Below are positions 1-13,779 of a DNA stretch of 64,000 bases, in pieces. Numbering within the stretch: position 1 is the first letter of the stretch; each line of letters starts with the position of its first letter. The stretch comes from Basidiobolus meristosporus CBS 931.73 (lineage: Eukaryota > Fungi > Basidiobolomycota), in NCBI GenBank assembly GCA_002104905.1, contig MCFE01000376.1:20517-84516 (forward strand). The letters are read 5' to 3'. The position numbers and the translations under genes were made by a program. The notes under the pieces are model-generated. The model did not search any database. It saw only the letters and a program-made list of their open reading frames with translations, and was not told where the DNA came from.

Positions 1-1969
1 CATTCGCTAGTTTGTTTTGCTGATGTCAGATAGCGGAAGTGGAGTCAATCAGCCAAGCCCAACTAACCAAAATACTTGCGAACTACGGCTTGGTCAGCCA
101 ATGCATCTTGGACGAGCCCGTTCGTCAACAGCGATACGACGGTTTCTTGGTAGTCCAGCAAGCGCTTGCAATGGTTCAGAACCTGGTACAGAGTAGCATG
201 AGTACAATAGCGGTGTAAAGCCTAGGCGTGCTTACTCACATTACTGGTTAATTCATGAACAGTACCGTCCTTGGATAGCTCGATTTGTCTAGCAGCAGAG
301 TTCTGAGGGGGAAGAGGACGTTAGGATTGGTTCCCTGGGGGGGGGGAATACACACATACTCGAATATCTTCCAAAAATTCTTCAAACGAGCGGATGGCCA
401 CTGTACGGAAGGTCTTCCACAAGTCATTGAGTGAGTTTTGCTGGCTTCCCGTTTTCTGGCAGAGCAATCTTGGTCACCAAGGTGAACTGGGGATGATCGG
501 AAGATAGCCTACTTACCGCGAGAATGCGCTCAAATTGCGGCATCTCACTCTGGAAGTTTTCAATCACATCCAAGAGCATGAATATTCCGGCCTGGATATT
601 TCTTCGAACTTGAGTTACCAGGGTCTCTCCTGTCTCTATGTACTGCTTCAATGAAGGAGCCACAGTGTCGCGGAAAGTGTTTTGGATGAAATTCTCTGGC
701 ATCAGCTTCTGGACAAGTATGTATTCTGTCTATAGAGCATGGTGTGCGTGAATCTCTGTGTACGTACACATCCTCAAGCGAACACAAGACAAACCTCTAA
801 AGCCTTGATGAGGACTTTGGTCATTAGGATCATTGGACTCGTTCCTTGTTGGTATGTTTTGGCTGATTCTCTAGAGCCCGAGCTGACAGTTTGACTAATG
901 GCCGAGAAGGATTTTACCAAGTAGTTCGAACGGATGTCGGAATATATCTTGGATAACTCCACTCTCATGTCTATGTCAGACTCTGAGTTGGAAAGGTATA
1001 CGCAGAGATTCGAGAGTTTCTGCAATTCGCTGGGTGCGATAATGGGAATGTCTGGTTACGGAATATCAGTAATCTCTCAGGTGGCTATATGAAGTTCATG
1101 GAAACAACCTTGGTCGACGTACTCCGTTGGATCGATTTCAGTGGTATTTGCTTGTAGTCCTTTGCGAAATAGTTCCTTCAGTTGTTGAAGTGCGACTTTC
1201 AATAATTGTTTCTACACAATGCTCGTATCAGAGTAAAAGACTAGTTTGGTATATTGCACAGACTCTACTACCAATTGAACCATCACTTTTTCAGCACTCT
1301 TCAGTCGAGTTTGGGAAAGAAAATGAAGGGCATTCTTGACATTGTTCATAGATTGGTAGTATGGCATAAGATTGTTGTCATCGGGACTGTTCAATATCGA
1401 GCAAACGGTTCAGAATAACTTTGCCCATTGCGCAGCAGTAGGAAACTTGCTTACCCAGCCAAAATAACTTTCTCTTCACGGACAGCTAGGTCGAAATATT
1501 GCAGGATGTTTTCTACCGAGTAAGTGGTCCTGTCGAGATCTTAAACAAGGTCAAGAATGTTATTTCCTGTAGTCAGTGTGATGATGAGTAAAGAGCTTCT
1601 TCGTAAGGATACTGTCCACAACGCGGGAGAGTTTTTGTGTGGATTTGTGAATGGGCAATATCGAAGCCTCAAGTTTAAGGAGTCTATCGTCGAAAGACCG
1701 TAACATTCCAACCTTTCAGTTCACGTTGAGTTAACTGCTACAGGGTAGGTAAACAAATGAGAGTACCGTAGTGTCAGTCAATAGGTCTGCGCGACGTAAG
1801 CTATCTTGGAGAAATTCCAACTCCGCTACATCCTCGTCAATTTTTCGTTGTTGCTCATGTTTATGTTTCATCTTTATCGGATGATGCCAAGTCCAAGTGT
1901 CGTGAAAATCGAATACGTTTTTCTCTATCAAACAGTGTTGAGAAACTCAGTCACGGCATGGCTCATCAT
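1..1969 (-). CDS. EXO70: Exocyst subunit Exo70, multi-exon, 3' end outside window
   Basis: Spliced minus-strand translation gives ELEFLQDSLRRADLLT-VGMLRSFDDRLLKLEASILPIHKSTQKLSRVVDNLDRTTYSVENILQYFDLAVREEKVILAG, the typical Exo70 N-terminal coiled coil; ORFs 1212-1394, 774-1025 and 424-702 are further exons. Start codon position uncertain. Confidence 0.85.
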
Positions 1970-2220
1970 TTCTTAGGTGATAATTGGACCAATGCACGAG
2001 AAGCAGTAAACGTTTTGTGTAAACTACGCTGTAGCTGCTTAAGCAAGATCAACCACACAAATTACCAAAACTTGGTTTCGAGCATAATATTTATTCCGAA
2101 AATCCGAATATAACCGGTCTCTGGATTTTGTTACACCATTCGGTAGACATAAAGAGACCTTCGCCTCCTCATGACATGAATCATATCCTCAGTATTGAAC
2201 TAAACCAGTACTAATAGCAG

Positions 2221-3483
2221 ATGGCTCTTCTTCAAACTCGTAGGGTTTTTCGACTGGTTCTCGCTGGGTTGCATAATTGGTGTCGGTTGATCACCCTAGA
2301 CATTGATGTGAGCAACCCAGATTACGGAACTGAATATCTTTATTTTGGCCCGTTTCTGGACATTCAGATATCCACCTCTGCTCAGAGCCTCTGGAGCGAG
2401 ATGCCGGTCACTCGAACATTCAGTAAAGGCCTCATTAAGAGTATATCTGCCAACAATGCCTAAAGTATGTTAACAGGGGAGTCGGGCACGGTGTTCAACT
2501 CCAAACTAAACCTCCGCACATCGTCCCTGAAACTACACAAATCCTCCGGCATGGACTCATATGCATTATCGTTTACCTTCGACACGAGAGATGAGTGCTG
2601 CATTCAATTGCACTGGGTAGCAAAGGAGTGTCAAAGTCCCCAGGCAGGAGCCTAGTATGGCAGGATCAAGATATTTTTTATTCAACCCATTATAGTAACC
2701 AAACCCTAGTCTCGAGCAGAAATACCCGGATTCACCCTCCTCAGTCACCTACTCCTCAGGAATGGCACAGCAATTTCTGTCCTCGGAAGATCAATTGTTG
2801 CAGGTGAGCAAATACCGATTCGACGAGCTAGTAATGCAACCCAAGATCAGCGATTTCCGAAACCCCCCTGTTCTAACGGTGGATAACCAAGACATATCCG
2901 AATCCGTGGATCAGGTCTGCCAGGAGCTTGGGGATGTCTGGTACCCACTCGTGATAACTATGGTGACAAAAGGTACAGCAACCCTACACATCCCCGCAAT
3001 CCCCAAACGCCGCTAATGACATAAATCAGACACGCCCCATATGGCTCTCCTGACCTTTTGCAACCTCGTTGCAAACGATGAGCATGAATATGAGATTCAG
3101 CCATTGAAGCAAAAGCTCTATGTACTTTTCGCAACCTCCTCCGGCGCGCGTTTGTGTACTAACTCTTATCCTTAGATCGAAGATACTGCCTTTCTGGTAC
3201 AAAAGATATATGGCCGGTCACAGGCCGACCAAAAGGATGAGTTCGTAAGAAACGAGGCCAATGAATGCACCATTTGCTTGTCCGACGAAATCACCACTGC
3301 TCTACTCCCTTGTCGGCATTCTTGCCTATGTAAGGAATGCGCTGAAGATCTACGATCTAGATCCAATCGTTGCCCTATATGCCGTCGAAGTAAGTCCGTC
3401 CGTCCATATGCCCTCCATGTGCGATGTCGCCAACCTGGTTTCTCAATCTAGCCTTTCATTCCATGTTGCTGATCACTCCCTGA
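2221..3483 (+). CDS. MGRN1/RNF157/LOG2-like C3HC4 RING E3 ubiquitin ligase
   Basis: C-terminal exon reads CTICLSDEITTALLPCRHSCLCKECAEDLRSRSNRCPICRR; upstream SLKL...SFTFD and YPLVI segments fit this family. Several GT-AG introns. Confidence 0.8.
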
Positions 3484-3631
3484 TCCTCGAAGCAACAAGA
3501 TGTATGACGGATTCAAATGCAACGGATATTTTATTAGAAAAATGCAACAGTCGAGTAAATAAACAATCTGCAAAGAGGAAACGGATGACTGGTATATATA
3601 CTCTTGGACCTCTTATTGTTCGTGATCATGT

Positions 3632-4394
3632 CTATGCAGATGGCTTCTCCTTGGACTCTTCCTCGGCTTCAGGGGAAATGATGTTCTCCTTGATAAGAAG
3701 TTGCTCCAATTCTCCGGATTGATGCATGTTCAGCATAATGTCGCATCCGCCAACGAACTCCCCTTTGATGTAGACTTGGGGGATGGTTGGCCAGTTGCTA
3801 GATTAAATCTGTACTTAGTTTTGAATGAACCAGCTGAACTACTTGGATGATGCTTACGAGTATTCTTTAATGCCATTTCTGAGCTCAGGATCCTCCAAGA
3901 TATTGAAGGATTTGATGTTCTTCACGCCTAGAGAGTAAGGTTGTCAGTTAACCAAACGAATTGAACTAGACCACAAGTATATTTACCATGAACATCAAGA
4001 ATAGCTGCAACAGCCCGGCTGAAACCGCACTATAGACTGGACTTTAGTAAACAAGCCTGAGAAAGGTGTAGCAATTGAGTGGCTTACCATGGGCTCAGCA
4101 GGAGTACCTTTCATGAAAAGACAAACATCGTTTTCTTTGATGGCCTACGGTTACAAAGCTTGTGTTGGTCGGGAGAGGGCAGCACGTGTGGTGTACTGTT
4201 CTTACCTTGTCGATAGATTGCTTGAGATCGTCAGAGAGGAATCTAACAGAGACTGCAGATTGGGGGCCAACAAGGAATTGCTTGGTGAAAAGGCTGGGGC
4301 GAGCAGCCTAGAAAAGGGAATAAGTTTACGGAGTACCCAAGTATGACCTACAAATTGCGCATACCAAGCGAGAAGTCAGGCGGAGGGCGTTCAT
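3632..4394 (-). CDS. GRX5: Mitochondrial monothiol glutaredoxin (CGFS type)
   Basis: Exons give [54 protein letters not shown], with an Arg/Ser-rich presequence. Confidence 0.92.
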
Positions 4395-4421
4395 GGCAAA
4401 TGTACTGCAAGGTGTACGTTA

Positions 4422-4448
4422 GGAGTGACGGGGAGTGACGGGGAGTGA
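4422..4448 (+). repeat. 10-bp tandem repeat (GGAGTGACGG, about 2.7 copies) in the divergent GRX5/7TM promoter
   Basis: ggagtgacgg ggagtgacgg ggagtga read directly. Confidence 0.7.
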
Positions 4449-4923
4449 ATGAGGGATAAAATGCTTTTACCATTCGGCCAACTGGGGTGGAAAATCTCTG
4501 CATGGGGCCGAAATTTTGCGGATTTCCATCTCAGCTGCGGACAGATTCGAGATACCCCATACTAATTTAGAGTCGTGGTCACAGAAATCGATGGTTGATC
4601 TTACAAGGAATCAGGGATTGAACTTGAGGACAGCGCATGAAATGAAAAGCGCAACATGTAGAGAACACCACAGCAGGTCACTGGTGAATTTTCGGCCACT
4701 AACGAACCTTCAATCATAGGTTTCACAATTAAGACAACTTTTGTCTATGTTCCACAATATCATTTGCTTCATAATGTAGGCTCCCATCACTTTGCATGAA
4801 GATCCCATTGCGATTGGTAATGAGATCAAATAGAGTCTGACACGAGAAGGTCGCAGGGCAAAAGAGTGCACAGCTATATATTCGCACTTCCTCCTGGCCT
4901 GTGGATACCAACCTTTCTTCCAA

Positions 4924-5880
4924 ATGGACGACGACGCAAACCTCGCTAAATTCTCGAAGGAATGGTTTGTGGCCATTAATTCCGCCATGGTTGTCTATTC
5001 CTTCACGATGGTCGTGCACTTCAGCAATGCAATTGTTGCCCTAAAATTGTTGATGAAACATCCCAAAGAACTACTTTTCATTCTTTGCTTTCTGCAGGGC
5101 TTCTTCGCCATCATGTGCCATCTATCCCGTATTACTGATTACCTTACAGTCACGAATTGTGCGTTCAAAGCCTATTTCAACCCTTTCATCTACTTTGTAA
5201 ATACCTCCTTGATCTTGGTGATTTTTTATATGCGCTGCTATTCCTCTTTCACGAGACTCCGCTCGTTTTTATTGATTGTGGCGCTTTCAGCACTCATGGC
5301 TAAACTGGCCACCATGGTCTTGTACCTGGGAACTGTAGGATCTACCACCGGGCCGTATAGGGAATGTATCTATAGCCCCTCCGTACTAGCGCTCAGGTCG
5401 ATCATCCTGGTAGAGCTCGCGAACAATGTGTTTCTACTACTGTGGTGGAGTGTCTTTGTGCTCTATGCCATTTTTGGGCGCAGCCAACCTTGCTTTGAAG
5501 CGTTTTCGAGCCATGGCGCTGGCTACACGATGCTAAGCAATGCTTTTTCAATCATAGCTTTTGGGCTGATGATGACCGGCACTCCACCTAACCTCAATCC
5601 CGAGGTTGTTTTCCAGCTAAGATGTAAGTCAGCACTTGTTGGTTGAATATAGCTACTCTGGTTATAACCCTTCTATTCCTTAGGGGCGATAGAGTCCAAG
5701 CTTTGCACAGAGCAGATAACGGCCCTTCACCGCCAGATGCGCGATGGCGTTCTTCTTCCCACTTCATCGTTCTCTACCGCCTCCGGCCCGCTCACCACTT
5801 TCAATACAACTAATATTGGCAATAGATCTCATATTCACATCCAGCCATTTAGCTCACAAATCTCCGCATTGAAATCGTAA
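4924..5880 (+). CDS. Orphan multi-pass (probably 7TM, GPCR-like) membrane protein
   Basis: 240-aa ORF with 6-7 hydrophobic segments; GTAAGT intron near 5624, then a Ser/Thr-rich cytoplasmic-tail exon. Confidence 0.65.
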
Positions 5881-5991
5881 TCCGAAAGCACCGTTGTTTA
5901 CTTTTGTCATTTTATCTTATTAAAATCGATAAGCAAGCGTCTAGGTTCTGGTGGTAACATTTGTGGCAACATTTACAATACTGAGTGCCAC

Positions 5992-7590
5992 CTATTCTGA
6001 TTCGTGGTCACTCATAGACACGGAGCCGTGTCGGTGCGTCTTCTCCTCTCCATCTGAACCCGATTCAGTCTCAGAGGCATAGTTGGTAATCCTGATATTA
6101 GGGATATCGCTCTGATCCTTATGTCTCTCATTTCCCGAATCAATCCAGCGCTGCATCACGTATTTTGAGCACTTCTCGGCGCCAGGCAGCTCCTAAAAAC
6201 AATTACTTATCTCAACCGAAACCACGGTCACGTTGCGGAAAAGTACCTGGATGTGTTTCGTAATTCCCAGATTGTTAATGCCGTACAGTTGCGGCCCGCT
6301 GGCATGGGTCTTGGCCCCGAATCCTTTCGCCATGATCTCATCAAGCACCTGCTTCCATACGCCACTGGCTGAGTTTGCTACAAACTTACGACCTGGCTGA
6401 TCCTCAGCCGTGACTTGAAACTGGATTCGTATGCAATGTTATGATTGAGTGTCGGTGTCAGGAGATGATTTGAGACTGACCACAGGTGCTTCCCCGCCGT
6501 CCAGTATCTCAGATACGTAAGTGGTTTTCTTGTTTCCATCCAGCATGCTGGTGTAAATCTTCTCACTGTGGAATCCTACGGGCCAGATGAACCGGGGCGT
6601 ATGGTAGGGCTCTCTATCCCAAACCACTTTGCCTGAGTAAATGTTACTACGGGTGTTTGGAGATTCGCGCGAACTTGACGTCTACCCACCAATGTTAATA
6701 ATGGTAACCTCATCTCCCCCTTTGCCTACAGTTACTGGCAATATAAGCTCGCCTTTCTCGTTTTTGGGGAGATGCTAATAAGTTGGCATTTAAAAAACCA
6801 GGTGAATATGACCTGGCAGCTTGGCTTGTAAGAGACACACAACGGTTACCTCAATAGGCTTGGCATCGGTTCGGTCGTCACGTTTCTAATATTGTGGGGG
6901 CGATTTGGGTCAAGTACAATCCGCTGATACGCATGCTAGCAGCACTTACTCCGGTACGTCTTTTGCGTTTCACACTAGGGTCTATACTTCTCCTTGTCTG
7001 TGTCTAAAGATAGATGAATAAAAATCCTATTCGATATTGGACTATTGCTAAATTACACTCTTTTTCTCTCGTTCGTGTTCAGCCTTATGGGCGCGCGTTT
7101 TGTTTCGTGGATCTGGACAAGCAAAGTGGCAGTGTTTAGAGGGTGCTGAGCTATGAGGGGAGCTGGAAAACCCTACCAAGCGAAGGGAATATGGCCTCTT
7201 CCTCGCTTTCGGTGTCAACCTCTGCTTGCTTTTCCGAATCGCTAGAATCTACGCTTCCTTCACTCAAGATTTCCTCCGAGGAGGAACTAACAAAATGTCA
7301 ACCTTCATGGAAGATTCGGTAGTAAAAAATAAAGCTCTGGTTTACGAGAGATCTTCACCAATCTCGGGTCTCAACTCCATCACGAGGTCGAGCAAATGGC
7401 TGCAAGATTGGGGCTTAGCTTGGGAAGGAATAAAAGGGAGAAACGATGGCCAAGTATCCAACCTATTTTCATGGGAGATCTTTTTCAATTTCCTCCCGAT
7501 TTTTTTGTAGGTTGCCGTTAGCGCGTCATTCTCCTTGATTCAACAAAGTGAGTCGCTCCGAGGTTTGGAAATTTGACCGCAAGGGTCAGC
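5992..7590 (-). CDS. FYRN/FYRC-domain protein (TBRG1/INO80E-like)
   Basis: VTIINIG-KVVWDREPYHTPRFIWPVGFHSEKIYTSM...YVSEILDGGEAP (FYRN), FQVTAEDQPGRKFVANSASGVWKQVL...SGPQLYGI (FYRC), upstream coiled coil IKENDALTATYKKIGRKLKKISHEN and an acidic tract. 5' end uncertain. Confidence 0.75.
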
Positions 7591-7859
7591 ATAGTGAGCC
7601 ATTACCTCGGCAGCAGTATAAAAACGACTCCTGATCTTTTGGTATTTTTCTTTATACGCCATTTAAAGAGTTGTGAGTGTCTAGGGGTGAAGCAGGGACC
7701 AGTATAATGTTAAACTTGAATAAAAATTTCTTGACTAAGGTTGTGCTGTGCAAGTGGATAAATCATGCAAACTGCCAGATACACAGAGGATGGCTTTATT
7801 TAGAAATCTATAACAAAAATACCGTGGAAATCCTGATAATGATGGAGGTTGCTCGGGCC

Positions 7860-10433
7860 CTATAAAAGGAATACCTCAAGGAGCCCTTCAAGCTCCAAAG
7901 GTGGCTCGATTGCCACAACATGATGATCGGGTATCTGCTTTGGGTGCTCTCCGGATGGGAATACCGAGCGCAGCACTGAGGCTGCTTCATATGGTTTAAC
8001 TTCGTTCGAGATGGTGCCCACTGTGATATGCAGAAGTTTGCTAACTGCTGGCATATTCTCATGGCGAAGTCTGGCCTTCAAAACCATCAATTTGTCATTC
8101 CAAATCAAATGACTCGCTGTCACCGTCACTGACGGCTTTGCATTGTCTTTCATAAAATTCTCGTAATAATCAAACAATTTCTGATCTTTCAGCGATCTTT
8201 GCCCATCTCTTCTATGGACCAAAGTGATATGGTGGGGAATCTTGATGCGATCCTCTGATACCAGCTTGTGGAAAAACGTAGCATCAACATCAGGGTGCTG
8301 AGTGAAATACACCCGAAGTACATCCGGAATGTGATTCAACAATATGGCGAAATAGCCGATCTTCAGGCTCGTAAATGAGTTTTGATCTTTCCTGAAATTT
8401 GGCTTGTAATGAATAGCATGGTGTAGAGCTGCCTTGATCTTTGCTCCTCCAGGCTTCTGTCTATCAAGAAGTGGGCAGAGGGTGTCAAGTGCAGTCTGCA
8501 AATTAGTCTCGGCGTCCGCAAAGGGGTCCAGCTGAATTACTTCTGTTATTAAAGAGTCTGCATCTTGGTTAGGATCCACTGGCACATATTCGTTCAAAAA
8601 TCGGCCAAGGATAGACGGGAATCCTTTGGTTCGCATTGGTGTAAGTGATTGGTGGTTTTCCCCACGCGAAAGCAGTCTTCGATAGACAAGGTCGTATATT
8701 TTGTCGGGGGGATTCGCTCCAATAGACCAATGAACAGCTATAACGCTGGAGCCTGGATACTTGCTGAGAAAAACGTTGGTGAGGCCTTCTCTATTTCCAG
8801 GGATATGGTTGTTTCTACACACAAAATTGTGACTCTTGAGTAACATGCTCAGGTGGATCCGAAACAAGCCAATGCATACTTGTCCGCAAGAACGATGTCG
8901 TTTTGTTCAAATTCAGCCATGACCGCCTTTTCGAAGGCTATCTTTTTCTTTTTCTTCGACCCCAGGTTGTCGTTCTGAACACACTTGAATCCAAACAGCT
9001 TGGACAGAGCCAAGAACAAGGTTGTCTTGCCTAGAAAATACCCTTTCAATACACTGCCATGGGGAATCGATGCTAGCCTTTGTATTGCAGTTACCACATC
9101 CCGGAATCGCGACAGAAAAGATGAGGGTTTTCTTCGGCCCCTTGGGTTTCTCCACCACCAACGACATATTCGGGTTCTTTTTGTATTCCAAAAACATATT
9201 TCGGATCTTAATGATTCCGATCCCTTGAGTAAATGTCGTGAAAAGCTCCGGCTCCGTGTCAAGCATGTATTTCACCCAGATACCATAATCCTTCGTGAGC
9301 TCGTATCTATGTTTGTAGGGCTGTCCTCGGATGATACGAAGAGTAACCTCTCGCCACTCTCGGTACATGAGATATGGCTCATCGTATTTCACCTTAAAGA
9401 AGTGGACCTGGTTCTTATCGGTTCGTCTGCATCTCACAACAAACCCTTCTATAGCGCGACCTTGGTACACTCCACTCTCTCGAATCTCGTCTACGAAAGC
9501 GCGAACCTCACTTACTTGCTCCTTTGTTACCGAGCTCACTTCAAGAAACCCGAACTCCTGGGCACAGGCCCTCACCTCAGCTGAAGTCCACGTGTTGAGC
9601 TTCACCGAGTTGGAGTTAATTCCATGCAGATACATCCCAGAGCTTTCCATCGGATACTCAAGTACATGCTCTTCGAAAGTATCATCACAGAGCTAACAAG
9701 TTGAATTGTTAATGCGGCTTTTCATATTAGTCCCGATAGCCAAAGCCGTATCTCACCTCGAATACTGCAGTGATGTCGTGTTGGTGGAGAAAATCGTCGA
9801 AGTCGTCCAGTGTTTTCCCCTTAGTACGTAGATGCTTTAGCAGCCACTCCTGACCTTTTTCCGAATGAGATATGGTTCGATTCTCATTAGGTCCCCAGGC
9901 GTGCTTGCTTGTTACCAGTAAGCCGCCACTCGGGAGGCTTGAAACAAAGATAATGCAGCCATTCTCTTTAATAGTGACTTCATATGGACCTTGGGTATTT
10001 TGTTGGATCCAGTCCCACTACATAATGTTCGTTATTGACCGTTTCTACACAGGGGTCGCAATGCATATTTTGCTGCGGAATGGTTTGGGAATTGCATTTG
10101 CCATCATACCTCAGTTTGCTTAACCTCACCGATGTTGAAAAACTTATCGTAACCACGAATGACTATTTTGTGATGACCCTCTAGAGTGGTGGTGAATAGC
10201 CCACGGGCCAAGGTTGGAAAGGGGCAAGGATCTTGAGAGTAGAGGTACTCGGTAAACTTCCAACTTGAGATGGCCGTCCCCGAAGGGAGCTCATAAGTTT
10301 TACACCGAACAAAGCGTTTTTCCTTTTTCCCACCAGAGGTTTTTGGCTGACTGAGCTCAAGCAGCTCGTTTATCAGTTTATCTTCCTCGTCGAAGAGCGT
10401 AAGCTGTTCGGCACTCCTTACAATACCATTCAT
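7860..10433 (-). CDS. TRL1: Fungal tri-functional tRNA ligase (ligase-kinase-cyclic phosphodiesterase)
   Basis: RGYDKFFNIGE, motif I KENG, IEGFVVRC, FKVKYDEPYLMYREWRE, P-loop IPGCGK and two HIT(L/V) phosphodiesterase motifs. Confidence 0.95.
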
Positions 10434-10599
10434 GGTTGTTAAACCATTGTGCACAGCCAACCTATTTTATAGCAATGATCGATTCCAGCTGACCAATCAC
10501 TCCAATGGGAAAGCTATCATCAAGCTCATTCCATGTGGTGCGCAGCCATCCCAACGCGATAATGGTGAACTATTTAGACTCGTTATATGTAAACAAATA

Positions 10600-13500
10600 T
10601 ATATCGATGATTCTGAAGGATTTTCAATATTCACCTGTATATATTTATGTATATTTGGAAATATCAGACCTGCGCTTGTCAACATTAAGCCATAAGCCCT
10701 TACCCTAAGACTTGTGGAGCATGAGAAGAAGTCGTGAACTGTTTGAATCCGATTTTGAGGTTTGTCCACGTCTTATTGTCTGATCATATCACGAGATTAA
10801 CACCGAACTCCGGTTACCATTTGTACCTCGTAGAGCTGCATCTTGATCCATCCTCCGCAGAAGAAAGGTACCGAATTCACATTATAAACATTGAACGGAG
10901 CGCCGAAATTATCATACTAAGAACACATTCAGAGTATCGAATCGAGGATGGAGTGTCCCATTTTGAATTCGAAGGATTTCGCAAGCTATTGGGTGGACGT
11001 GAGGCTTGGGCGAACGTGAAGTTTCGATACCAACGCTATCTTAAGACCTGGAGTCTAATCAGGAACAAGATCCAGGTAACTACTTCAAGTAGATTAAGCT
11101 CCTTTCGTGTGCTGACCTTTCTTTTCTATCAAGAACACATACACCCAGTACAATAGCTACAATATCAGTCAGCTTTATGAGTTTGTGAGAAATAGCAAAA
11201 ATACCGCCCAGACATCCAGGTACCTTCTGTTCACCATCGATCCTAGGGATTGCTATCTAACAGAGCCCTCCTCGACTTAGACTTCCAGTGGGCTTGATCA
11301 CTACCGGTATATACTGTCAGGCACATACACAAAACCATATCGGCTAATGGCTTTTTTCAGAACATATTGAGGACGACGAATTCGTTATGAACAGCATTGC
11401 CACCACACTGCAGGAGAAATATCGAGCTCGCGTTGCCAGCATCAACCTTAGTTTTCTAAACAACCCAGCCACTATAACCAAAGCAATCATAGATCAGTTT
11501 GAAAACTCGCCCGTTAAAAATGTACTTCTGGCTGTGAACTCACTGTGTTGACGAAATCTGACAATGTTCTATATGGAATAGGTTTTGTCAAAGAAATTGT
11601 CGGCCAGTTCTTCGTCCAACATGACGCTATCCGAATGGTATACGAAAAAAGGGAAGTCTAAGAAACAAAGTGAAGGTACCTTCAACCAATGAAGCCTTAG
11701 ATATGTTGAGACCCATGTTGTAACGAATTCTTTCTATCCAGAGCGTGGAGATCTGGTCGTGCTGGTCAACTCCCACCCAACAGATTTCAATCGGATAGAA
11801 GAGTTCCTTAGATCATGCAAGTAAGTACTGAAGTACCTTATAACATCCTCACAATTCGTAGTTTTGGGTTTTTATTAATTCATACCGCACAACCTTAGAA
11901 AATCCTTGAGCCAAGTTCCGCTTTCGATTCTGGTGTGTAGCACAATCCCTGGAAATGAGTTAACTTCCAATCTTTCCTCGGACTTGGCCAACTCTTTGTA
12001 CACGGATACTTTTTCTGTACCAAGCACAATGAAATTCCTAGGCTATGCACTAGAGGAGGTATGCAGCATATGAAATCACGTGTGTCGCTCATCAACTAAG
12101 CCCACAACTTTCACACTTCTACCAAACTTTAGATATTTGTATCTGATCCCAATAGCTTCAAGCTGGGACTGGGACCGTTCAAGCTTTTGATCGATTTGGT
12201 CACAAATCAGAAAGTTTCTATCAGGGACTTTGGCAATCATATCAAGGTAACGTTCACCCTTGATAACCGTTGCATAATGTAGCCTGGTTAACAGCGATGA
12301 TATAGTACGCAGTAATGACTCAGTATTACTCCAATCCTCTCTCCATATTTTCTCTGGACAGAGATGACTTCCCTGATGTACACATGATATCTGATGATCA
12401 CCTAGAAATACTCCGGATGCAGCCCTCCTTTCGAAGGTATGTGATGCTCTTGCCGTGACTTGTTGCTCATGGAGTGCTAACGTTCTTCCAGATACCTGGA
12501 GTGCATTCAAGACGGGCAGGAGGTTATTCGCTTACTTGAAGAGGACGACTATATGATCTCGCGGATACCAGATTTCATCAGAGAATTCGAAGAGCATAGC
12601 ATTCGGTATTTTGCCGGTATCAAATGCGTCAGTATACTACAAGATAGCATCGGTGCGAGAACGTTCAAGAAGCCTGTGTATCTGCTCTATTTAGAGGGAT
12701 TAAGCACCAATCTCTCGGACTCGCAGCACGTAAAGCTGTTGCTTATATTACTGAAGTAAGCTAGCCGTCATTCATAATGCTCATGACATCGAGTACTAAC
12801 AGAACTCTGCGCCAGGACCATAAAGGAGGAGGAGCTAGCCCCATTCTTGAAGAAGATGTATGAATTCTTCAGCCGGTCATCCCTACTTTCAGATGTGTTC
12901 AAGAACGACATAGTGGCCTTAGCAAAGCTACATGAAAGCTTTCAAAATCTCAAAAATGAGAAGGATCCACAAGATGCATTGGAATCGATAGTCAACCAAA
13001 TGCATGAATTTTGTGCGCGCTTGCTCAGGTATTTAATTTTGATATCCACGCTAGCACCGGGCGGTTACCCTAACCAGCCATACCTTTCGCAAGGGAGAGC
13101 TTCATATGCTATGAGCACATGCCACTGTATGAACTATTCTACTTTTCCAATAGAGAGATTCTGAAATGGGTAAGTGTTGATCCTCGAATCAATCCGTAGC
13201 TTTGTTTCCCAGCATTGATGTTTGTGTGATTGAACCAGAATTTCAACCCGGACTATTTGAGTCTCGTGAACAGTGGGTTGGAACGACCAAGCTGCTACAT
13301 TAATTGCACCTGTTGTGAGGATAAATTCAGCCCGGCCCAGCACGATACATGTATTCTCTACAAGGTTTATTCGGAAAGCTCGGAATCCATCTTTTTAGAC
13401 GACTGGTACTTTGCATTCCGAGCGATAGTCAACCAGCAGGTGACCTTTGGTGAGCCCGAGCTAAGGTAGGCTGTGCTTCGTTTCCACCACGCTGTATCTT

Positions 13501-13642
13501 CTAACATCGACTTGCCGTTCACTGCTCCAGAGCACGATTCAATCAAGCATTACGCGAGTTTCAATTCTTCGGGCTGGTTCAGCCTGTCGAAGAACAACCA
13601 GGAACCTACATCAAAGTGTCTTTCCCATCAAGCAACCAATAA
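10600..13642 (+). CDS. ORC3: Origin recognition complex subunit 3, many exons
   Basis: FEGFRKLLGGRE...RYQRYLKTWSLIRNKIQ, YAVMTQYYSNPLSI...LRMQPSFR, PLYELFYF, DTCILYKVYSESSESIFLDDWYFAF, ARFNQALREFQFFG. Start uncertain. Confidence 0.85.
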
Positions 13643-13779
13643 TTAAATCAACCATGTACTATAACTGCTGTCTCTGATGTCTCTTCGTTAGCGTATTAGC
13701 AAAAGCATTGCAATGTAGTTGGATTCTCAGCCTAGTCGTGTTGAACCTTTTCTCATTTACCACACCCACCACTGAATCA

